Positions 51,228-57,631 of a stretch of DNA of 57,631 bases are shown one piece after another. The DNA is from a virus. Each line of letters opens with the position of its first letter. Position 1 is the first letter of the stretch. Below the pieces are notes generated by a model. It worked only from the letters and a program-made list of their open reading frames with translations, did no database searches and was not told the DNA's origin. Location: IMG/VR virus record IMGVR_UViG_3300032605_000021. The stretch is one strand, 5' to 3'. Position numbers and translations under genes: made by a program.

Positions 51228-52468
51228 AAGCGACCGTCTTGGTAGGCGACGTGCTGACACGGCTGGCGCAGTTAGCTGATAACAGTGTCCAGTGCGTGGT
51301 GACGAGTCCACCATACTGGGGCCTTCGCGATTATGGCGTGGACGGCCAGCTCGGCATGGAGTCCAGCCCATACGAGTACATCGCCAAGCTGGTCGGAATC
51401 TTCCATGAAGTTCGCCGCGTTCTGTGTGGGGATGGAACTTTGTGGTGCAACATGGGCGACTGCTACGCGAGCGGTGACAAGGGCGGATACGCGCGAAACC
51501 GTGTCACGGCTTCAGACTCGATGCAAGCATCGAACTTAGGAGATAACTTCATTGGAGCGCCTAACAGGCAATGGGGCGGCCTTCCACCTAAGAACCTTAT
51601 CGGGATGCCTTGGCGTTTAGCTTTTGCACTCCAAGCTGACGGTTGGTATCTGCGCCAGGACATCGTTTGGGCCAAGCCGAACCCGATGCCGGAGAGCGTC
51701 ACTGACCGATGCACCAAGAGCCATGAGTACCTGTTTCTGCTGACCAAGAGCGCCCGGTACTACTACGATCAGAATGCCATTCTCGAAAACTGCAGTCCTG
51801 CCACGCACGACCGTCTTTCACAGAACGTTCAAGCGCAAATCGGCTCGGAACGCGCCCATGCGGGGGGGAAAACTAACGGGAACATGAAAGCCGTTGCGCG
51901 CCATCTCCCCGGCAATAAAACTCACAAAGGAACCACAGCCTACGAGAACGGCGACAAGCGAATGCGGACCAAGGCAGGACTCGTGGACTATGCCGTGCGG
52001 GTTCGCAAGCTGGCCGAGGCGGGCAGCGGGACAAAGAACAACGATAGTTTTGATGCGGCCATGTCGATCATGCCAGAGAAGCGCAACAAGCGATCTGTCT
52101 GGACCATCACGACCCAGCCCTATTCCGAAGCCCACTTTGCAACATTCCCCGAGGCCCTTGTCGAACCCTGCATTCTCGCCGGAAGTAAAGAGGGAGATAT
52201 GGTACTTGACCCGTTCTGCGGTTCTGGCACGACAGGGGCCGTGGCGCTCAGGTATCAGAGAGAGTTTGTGGGCATCGAACTGAACCCGGCATACGCTGAA
52301 CTGAGTCGCAAGCGCATCGGAGCAGAAGCGCCAATGTTCAACGATGTATCTGTGCTCGCCCCAGACTCGGCCTACCCATGGTCACCGGCTGGGCCAACTT
52401 CGCCGACGCCTGCTCCATCTTCCACCGTGTCACCGCAATCGAGCGCTGATCGACGCCAGCCGCAATGA
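51224..52468 (+). CDS. DNA methyltransferase, N6_N4_Mtase family (beta order; SPPY motif IV suggests N4-cytosine)
   Basis: VVTSPPYWGLRDY (motif IV) is N-terminal and VLDPFCGSGTTG (motif I) is C-terminal. GTG start. The last ~43 codons overlap terL antisense. Confidence 0.8.
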   Translation: MKATVLVGDVLTRLAQLADNSVQCVVTSPPYWGLRDYGVDGQLGMESSPYEYIAKLVGIFHEVRRVLCGDGTLWCNMGDCYASGDKGGYARNRVTASDSMQASNLGDNFIGAPNRQWGGLPPKNLIGMPWRLAFALQADGWYLRQDIVWAKPNPMPESVTDRCTKSHEYLFLLTKSARYYYDQNAILENCSPATHDRLSQNVQAQIGSERAHAGGKTNGNMKAVARHLPGNKTHKGTTAYENGDKRMRTKAGLVDYAVRVRKLAEAGSGTKNNDSFDAAMSIMPEKRNKRSVWTITTQPYSEAHFATFPEALVEPCILAGSKEGDMVLDPFCGSGTTGAVALRYQREFVGIELNPAYAELSRKRIGAEAPMFNDVSVLAPDSAYPWSPAGPTSPTPAPSSTVSPQSSADRRQPQ

Positions 52469-53885
52469 GTTGCTGGATCTTCTCCTCGGTGGCTACTTGG
52501 TCCGGCTTCCTGTCGCCAGTGAGGAACTGGTTCAGTCCATACAAAGTCTCATCGAGTACGTCGTCTAACTCGTCACCGGGAACCTTCAAAATAGCGCCCG
52601 GCCTGTCCGGGTCTGTCTTCCGACTGGTCAAACTCTCGTATGTCTTGGGACAAAGGTCGGTGACGATGAATTCTCCCCGACTCAACTTGCCGCTGAGTAG
52701 TTGCGCATTGCCTACGCTATCCTTTGCGGCCTTGGTCAGCGTAACTCCGTTGTTGATCAGAACATCGTTGATAAGGTCGAGGTTACTCTTGCCTGTCCCT
52801 GTGTGCGCGTCCATTGCCGGATCCGCATACCCTGAGACAATCCGGCACTGTTGGCCGCCAGGCCCTACCCGCTGAATGAACTTGCGGGCGATATGGTGCG
52901 CGTACTCCTCCGACTTCATCTTGCGCTCAACGTCCTCGGCAATCTTATAGATGCGCGTGTTCTCGTGCAGGAAGTATAGGCCTGTCGCCGCCGCTGATCC
53001 AGAGTAGCCGTAATCCATCGAAATGAAGTGGGTCATCCACCACTGCTCACCGCACTCGGAGTACGGCAGGATGTAACTCTCGTTGAGGAACGGGAAGAAG
53101 GCGCCCTCTGTGGCACACCAGCACCCAAACAGTAACTTCTTCTGAATATCAGCGGTCTGCGACATCAGAGCGGCGACTTTCTCCTCGCCGTACAAGGGGT
53201 TATCGGACGCCTTGGCAGGAATGAAGCATGTAGTTTTCATTACTGGCGACTCGTCTTCTTTCCAGCGAGCCCCAGCGTACACAGCTCCAGGAATAACCGA
53301 TCTTTCAGGATGGCAGAGAGGACATGCATTGTTGAGGAATATAGACATCAGCCACGGAGTAGACGGGTTCGCTGTCAATCTGATTCGATTTCTCAACCCA
53401 TACTCGGGAGGAGTTGCCACCCATGGGAATAGAGACCGAACACGCTTTTCTGTTTGAAACTGTGCCTCATCGATGCCTAGCCATGAGATAGGCTTTCCAG
53501 TGTACAGCTCAACGTCTGAGTCTTTAGCCATGTATCCCAGACGCATTTGTCCACCGGCAGGGAAACGCCAGAGGCGACCGCCCTCACTCTTCCGTCCTCC
53601 GAGGGGCTCATAGATTTTCTTCATCTCATCCATGATGTTTGCCATCTCAGTGAACGACTTACGAAGGAGAATACCGCGAAAGTTGGGGTTATCAAATTCT
53701 TGAGCGGAATCTCCTACCAAACTCGATGTTTTTCCTCCGCCTGAACTTCCCCCGAAAAGCGCTAACTGCGCACGGCAGTTGATGAGTGTCATTTGTGGGG
53801 GGCAGTTAGGTGCCCATCCAGACACAGCGTGAACGTCTGCGGGAAGGGGTATGATACCTCTATTTTCAAGAAGGGTTAAGGCCAT
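52338..53885 (-). CDS. terL: Terminase large subunit
   Basis: LFGGSSGGGKTSSLVGD is Walker A and WLGIDEAQ is Walker B. The C-terminal half is nuclease-like. 515 aa. Confidence 0.85.
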   Translation of the reverse strand: MALTLLENRGIIPLPADVHAVSGWAPNCPPQMTLINCRAQLALFGGSSGGGKTSSLVGDSAQEFDNPNFRGILLRKSFTEMANIMDEMKKIYEPLGGRKSEGGRLWRFPAGGQMRLGYMAKDSDVELYTGKPISWLGIDEAQFQTEKRVRSLFPWVATPPEYGLRNRIRLTANPSTPWLMSIFLNNACPLCHPERSVIPGAVYAGARWKEDESPVMKTTCFIPAKASDNPLYGEEKVAALMSQTADIQKKLLFGCWCATEGAFFPFLNESYILPYSECGEQWWMTHFISMDYGYSGSAAATGLYFLHENTRIYKIAEDVERKMKSEEYAHHIARKFIQRVGPGGQQCRIVSGYADPAMDAHTGTGKSNLDLINDVLINNGVTLTKAAKDSVGNAQLLSGKLSRGEFIVTDLCPKTYESLTSRKTDPDRPGAILKVPGDELDDVLDETLYGLNQFLTGDRKPDQVATEEKIQQLIAAGVDQRSIAVTRWKMEQASAKLAQPVTMGRPSLGRAQIHR

Positions 53886-54444
53886 AGTCCTCTTTTGGAA
53901 AATTCAATCTTGCAAATTGGCCGCGCAGTTCAATTGCTTTCCTGTCGCGGGCTCGCGCTGCGGACTCTTTTGTCTTGAAGCATCCAATGTAAGTGTGCTT
54001 GTTCAAGTGCGATATGACAGCGACAAAACAGTCATTCTGTCTGTGGGCATAAACGCCAATGAATCCGCTCGTGTTCTTCCGCGTGGCGCGCGCGTTTTGC
54101 TTGTTCTCTAAAACAGTCGAGATACGCAGATTAGAGCGTCGATTGTCTAAGGTGTGGGTGATCTCTTCGTGATCTCCCTGTCTTGGGTCGCCGCGTTTCA
54201 ATCCGAGAATCTCGCGGTGCATGTAAATCTGGTGACGCCCACCTATCTCTTTTCGAGACGACGAGCGGACAGCGTAAAAACTCTGGCTGTTCTCGCACCA
54301 GGTCGCGTACCACTTGTAAAGAGACAGCCATTCGTAATCAGCGGCGTCAACGATGGTCGCCTGCCCCTTTGTGAGTTGAATTGTGCGATACTCGGGAGTG
54401 GGCTGGGAAGCCAGTTCAAGCTGGTCCATAGAAGCGCCCTCCAC
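53866..54444 (-). CDS. HNH + AP2-domain homing endonuclease inserted between terS and terL
   Basis: MHREILGLKRGDPRQGDHEE...LDNRRSNLRISTVLENKQN is the HNH_3 motif. SGFIGVYAHRQNDCFVAVISHLNKHTYIGCFKTKESAARA is AP2. Overlaps the terL start by 20 nt. Confidence 0.75.
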   Translation of the reverse strand: MEGASMDQLELASQPTPEYRTIQLTKGQATIVDAADYEWLSLYKWYATWCENSQSFYAVRSSSRKEIGGRHQIYMHREILGLKRGDPRQGDHEEITHTLDNRRSNLRISTVLENKQNARATRKNTSGFIGVYAHRQNDCFVAVISHLNKHTYIGCFKTKESAARARDRKAIELRGQFARLNFPKEDYGLNPS

Positions 54445-54473
54445 GGCGCTTTGATCTCAGCCCTTATTTTACC

Positions 54474-55064
54474 TCAAAAGTTGGCCCAGGGATCGTCTTC
54501 GACTTGCGCCTCGATCGTTGGCGCGTTTTGAACAGGGGCTTGTGGAACCTGTGGAGAATAGGTCTGTCCGCTTCGCTGTGTGACCACCTGCCGCGTCTCG
54601 GTGATCGAGTGGGTGATGATGGTCTGCTCCGCCGGCCGGTAGATGCGCGGCGCCTCTTCTTTGGTGGGACCGCTCGACGCGTCGGGTACGAAGTTGTTAT
54701 CGAGGAGCAGGCCTACCCGCTTGTAGCCCATCTCGATTGCGTTGACCTTTGGGGTGGCCAGGCTGGGGGTCGCCTCAAGCGTCTTGCGCGGAATCGTGAT
54801 GACCTGCTTCAAGTTGGCGTCGAGCATCTCGACATTGATAAGCCGCTTCTTGACCAGGACCGCAGTCACAGCCTTCTCGACGGGCTCCATGCGGCGGGTG
54901 ATCTCCTCGAATACCGCCTTGCGCCGGTAGAGGCCCATGCCTTCTCTGGACGTAAAGCCCGCCTCAAGTGCTGCTTTGCCTACATCCCGGCAAGCGCAAT
55001 AGGCGTCCACGAACTTGAGCAGTTGCGGCTGGAGCGGAATGGGGATGCTGGTATCGACTTCCAT
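54474..55064 (-). CDS. terS: Terminase small subunit (putative)
   Basis: LQPQLLKFVDAYCACRDVGKAALEAGFTSREG resembles the HTH start of small terminases (..Fv.eY....n...Aa..AGys). Positioned upstream of terL. Confidence 0.55.
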   Translation of the reverse strand: MEVDTSIPIPLQPQLLKFVDAYCACRDVGKAALEAGFTSREGMGLYRRKAVFEEITRRMEPVEKAVTAVLVKKRLINVEMLDANLKQVITIPRKTLEATPSLATPKVNAIEMGYKRVGLLLDNNFVPDASSGPTKEEAPRIYRPAEQTIITHSITETRQVVTQRSGQTYSPQVPQAPVQNAPTIEAQVEDDPWANF

Positions 55065-55283
55065 TTAGGTCTGAGGCTCCTTGGGATAGTCTCTCCAGAC
55101 AATCAAATCGCCTAACTCGCATACAGTAAATGCGTTCATGTGAATCTCTGGACGATCTTCTGAAAATGTTACCGGAGCTTCCATCGTTTTCCCGTCCGCG
55201 CTTTGGCCGCCGAGATGGACGCAAATTGGAATGCCGCCGATGGTGGGATAACGGGTTGCGTGGCCAACTGGGTATTCGCTCAT
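55065..55283 (-). CDS. Hypothetical protein
   Basis: 72-aa ORF abutting terS. Confidence 0.5.
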   Translation of the reverse strand: MSEYPVGHATRYPTIGGIPICVHLGGQSADGKTMEAPVTFSEDRPEIHMNAFTVCELGDLIVWRDYPKEPQT

Positions 55284-55333
55284 TTTAGATCACCCCTGGC
55301 AGATATTGTACCGCTTGTTCCATTTAGGTAGCC

Positions 55334-55711
55334 TCAGTCATAGAAGATCATCCCCGGCAAGGTGTCGAGCCATTGCTTCAATTGGGAGCGTTCGTCTTCT
55401 GGCAGTGCGGCCCAGCCTTCGGGGGTGATTAGCTCCAGGTTTCCCCAAACCGCCCCAGGTCCAGAGATATATCCCCAATGCTCTTTGGCTTTTGGATCGA
55501 TCCTTCCGACCCGTCGCCACCAGCCGATGAAATCGGATAGAATTTCCCTTCCGTTACCCCAGAAAGTGATGGCGCATCGACCAGCCACGGTGCAATTGAC
55601 GGTGTTGCACCGGAAATCCTTCAAGTAAGCCGGCATAGGCAGATAGCGCCAATGGCACAGACGCCAGAGATATTCGTCACTTCGGGTACACTTCATCGTT
55701 CTGTGTGCCAT
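55334..55711 (-). CDS. Hypothetical Trp/Cys-rich protein
   Basis: 125-aa ORF. Its ATG shares the A of the upstream micro-ORF TGA. Confidence 0.5.
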   Translation of the reverse strand: MAHRTMKCTRSDEYLWRLCHWRYLPMPAYLKDFRCNTVNCTVAGRCAITFWGNGREILSDFIGWWRRVGRIDPKAKEHWGYISGPGAVWGNLELITPEGWAALPEDERSQLKQWLDTLPGMIFYD

Positions 55712-55836
55712 CAGTGCCGCTCTCGATTGAAAATGTCGGAGATGGACACGCCCACGGCTGGGATGAGTGCTTTCAGGAGTAGCGCAACGATCACGATGAA
55801 GATCAGAGCAGCGAGGTTCAGAGCGAGCGTAATCAT
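55711..55836 (-). CDS. 41-aa single-TM micro-protein
   Basis: ATGA overlap with the stop of the 585-aa gene and a TGATG overlap with the next gene. Product MITLALNLAALIFIVIVALLLKALIPAVGVSISDIFNRERH. Confidence 0.45.
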   Translation of the reverse strand: MITLALNLAALIFIVIVALLLKALIPAVGVSISDIFNRERH

Positions 55837-57590
55837 GCGACTATTTTACCCGTGTTTCGCTCGACATGGACTGCGCGATCATCGTAAAACTTTTCCAGAA
55901 GATCATCCTTCACGTCCTGCATGGGTAGACTTCTCCCGAACACTTTATAAGTCCAGGCTTCAAGTGCCGCGCGGTTCAATCCTTTCGGATCATCCGATAG
56001 TTTCGCTGTGAAGAGCCGCACATCTTTTCCGTCGGCGATATCCTTTTTGGCTCGTTCCACCAGCGCCGAAACGGGATTCCCTATTTTGAATGACGGTTGG
56101 CCCTTGGTCCAATGAGCAAGAGAACCATCGACATCATATCCAATCCAGTGCAATGCCGGGTTTGGCTTTGGGGAGTGCGGGATAGGTTGCAATTCACTTC
56201 CCTTGAATGTACGCAGACCGCCGGGAGAGAGAACGCTCCAACGGCCTCCATTTGAGAAGTTGGGATTACCACCGTGGACGATGCCGAAGCTATCCTTTCC
56301 GATGATCACGGTGATGCCTTTGGATAACTTGACAGGCTCAACTTTCGATGACTTCTCGCTATCGTTCCGCTCGTTAAACTTTTCCATTGCAGCATCGTTT
56401 ATAGCTTTGGCCTGCTTCTCTTTCTTTTCGGCGGTCGCATCCTTGCCCTCTAAGTCGGCCTCGCGCGCTGCATCGTATACGTCATGCTGATGCGCATTGG
56501 CTTCCAAGACCTCCTTGGGCACAATGTGAATCTCGGCTGACAACTGCGGCGTCACCCGAGCCTGTAGCTTGTGGACGCGATAGTTCGTCGGTGGTGATCC
56601 CCTCTCAAATTCGTCCTCGTCTCGGATCACTTTGAAGTGATTCTTAACTGCGGCAACAGTGCGCTCGTGGGCATCGCGGGAGTCCACGCCGATCCTGCCG
56701 GCCAGAATATCGGGGATGGTGTGGACCGGCTGGCCCTCTTCCTTGATCTTCTCATCAATCCGCTCCGGAGATTTCTCAGGCCGAACGGCATCGAATTTTG
56801 CTCCGGCAATGCCGCGGGTAACCGCCTTGAGTCCGTCCTCGAATTGCTGAGCGTGCGCTTTGGCTTGGCTGACAAGCTGCGCGCGGTCCTTGGATTTGTG
56901 GAGTATATCGCGACCGGTGGAGGGATCTTTGGAGGGAAAGTCTCGTTGCTCTAATTGAACCTCATCAGCATTGCCGTCACGGTCGGTGATTGAGATGGAG
57001 TTGACGGTGAAAGTCTTGCCGTCAGCCTCGGTCATGCCGGTGTAGCGTTTCGCCTCTTCTGGCTTTACGTAGGCAACCGTGGCGTGTGGCTTGTATTCAG
57101 GGAATGACCGCTCGGCAAATGTGCCGTGCTTCTCGATCTCCTTTTCCATCCGGCGCAGGTCGGCAGACTCAACCGGCACAATGATCGGCGCCGCCCCATC
57201 GCTGTGCTCGCTAGGCGGGAATGCCTGAGTCTTGCCGAGGGACGCCTCAAAGGGCGCTTGCTTCTCCAGATACGCGCGAACGCCTGCGGTGTCGCCGTCG
57301 ATGCCGTACCGCACGGTGATGTGCGCGTCCTCAATCAAACCATCGCCCATCAGATCGGCGGGGTCGATAGCCTTGCGGAGTTTGGCGAGCGCTTTGCCTG
57401 CATCGCTGTCGGGAGGAATGTCGGCCTGCGTGTAGCCGTGCTTGTACTTCGGTTTTACTTCTTCCGCATGATCCTTTTGCCCGCCCGGCTTGGCGCTTTC
57501 TCCGGCAGTTTGAGCCCCTTGCTGCTGTCCTGCCACTCCTTCACTCCGCTCGCTCCCAGTGCCTTCTTTGCGCTCGGGGTGTATAGCCAT
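55833..57590 (-). CDS. Three-module polyvalent protein: 2H phosphoesterase (LigT/CPDase-like) + RelA/SpoT-like nucleotidyltransferase + HAD (Pnkp-like) phosphatase
   Basis: H-x-T motifs AHITVRYG (H90) and PHATVAYV (H169). EKSPERIDEKI...IPDILAGRIGV...NYRVHKL...SAEIHIVPKE...HQHDVY matches the RelA_SpoT pattern. WIGYDVDGSLAHW is a DxDG(T/S)L HAD motif I, followed by LFT and K...DD. The frame stays open upstream across the contig junction to the GTG at 338. Confidence 0.6.
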   Translation of the reverse strand: MAIHPERKEGTGSERSEGVAGQQQGAQTAGESAKPGGQKDHAEEVKPKYKHGYTQADIPPDSDAGKALAKLRKAIDPADLMGDGLIEDAHITVRYGIDGDTAGVRAYLEKQAPFEASLGKTQAFPPSEHSDGAAPIIVPVESADLRRMEKEIEKHGTFAERSFPEYKPHATVAYVKPEEAKRYTGMTEADGKTFTVNSISITDRDGNADEVQLEQRDFPSKDPSTGRDILHKSKDRAQLVSQAKAHAQQFEDGLKAVTRGIAGAKFDAVRPEKSPERIDEKIKEEGQPVHTIPDILAGRIGVDSRDAHERTVAAVKNHFKVIRDEDEFERGSPPTNYRVHKLQARVTPQLSAEIHIVPKEVLEANAHQHDVYDAAREADLEGKDATAEKKEKQAKAINDAAMEKFNERNDSEKSSKVEPVKLSKGITVIIGKDSFGIVHGGNPNFSNGGRWSVLSPGGLRTFKGSELQPIPHSPKPNPALHWIGYDVDGSLAHWTKGQPSFKIGNPVSALVERAKKDIADGKDVRLFTAKLSDDPKGLNRAALEAWTYKVFGRSLPMQDVKDDLLEKFYDDRAVHVERNTGKIVA

Positions 57591-57619
57591 CTCCTCTGGC
57601 TTTCTGACTTCGCTGGCAT
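57455..57619 (-). CDS. 54-aa KSxxQRR...KLPEK small protein (DUF3008-like, from memory) overlapping the polyvalent gene in another frame
   Basis: MPAKSESQRRWLYTPSAKKALGASGVKEWQDSSKGLKLPEKAPSRAGKRIMRKK, with AAGGAG 9 nt upstream of the ATG. An alternative ATG at window position 181 gives 76 aa across the junction. Confidence 0.4.
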   Translation of the reverse strand: MPAKSESQRRWLYTPSAKKALGASGVKEWQDSSKGLKLPEKAPSRAGKRIMRKK

Positions 57620-57631
57620 CTTCTTTTTCTC
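57505..57631. repeat. Terminal direct repeat, copy 2 (identical to 1-127)
   Basis: Exact 127-bp identity with the left end. Confidence 0.95.

Overview
This window reads as one complete, GC-rich tailed-phage genome that was linearised at an arbitrary point. Bases 1-127 recur exactly at 57505-57631, so the unique length is 57504 bp, and at least one gene runs across that junction. Genes are tightly packed, with many ATGA, GTGA and TAATG stop-start overlaps. They form two divergent arms that leave a 381-bp AT-richer control region (32351-32731) and meet head-on at 52338-52468.

Rightward arm (32732-52468):
- three ribbon-helix-helix-like small regulators
- a 31-unit pentapeptide-repeat protein
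- a DUF1376-type replication protein
- YqaJ exonuclease, RecT and an SbcC/Rad50-like ATPase
- a Gly-(Tyr/Ser/Asp) dipeptide-repeat ORF built on 50 consecutive G-tracts
- a cold-shock protein, an HNH nuclease, an ASCH protein and DnaB
- GroES, a TGT/DpdA-like protein, a Zn-ribbon protein and GroEL
- an HNH-AP2 homing endonuclease and an SPPY-type DNA methyltransferase

Leftward arm (32350 down to 1, continuing 57504 down to 52338):
- four tail fibre/spike proteins with signal-peptide-like N-termini
- small membrane proteins and a lipoprotein
- portal, scaffold, a T5orf172/GIY-YIG-like insert and the major capsid protein
- tail/nozzle proteins and a GNAT
- three large low-complexity internal-virion-like proteins
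- a three-module protein (2H phosphoesterase, RelA/SpoT-like, HAD phosphatase)
- small terminase, a second HNH-AP2 endonuclease and large terminase

I saw no rRNA, tRNA, CRISPR array, integrase, DNA or RNA polymerase, tape-measure/tube/sheath genes, or recognisable endolysin. The gene order looks short-tailed (podovirus-like).

The leads I rate highest are:
- the virion-operon three-enzyme polyvalent protein
- the GroES/GroEL module interrupted by a DpdA-like gene
- the nucleotide-perfect pentapeptide-repeat gene
- the (GGGNNN)x50 tract
- the secretion-signal-bearing fibre paralogues
- a start-less zinc-finger reading frame behind an HNH gene

All family assignments come from reading motifs by eye. 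No database search was run.
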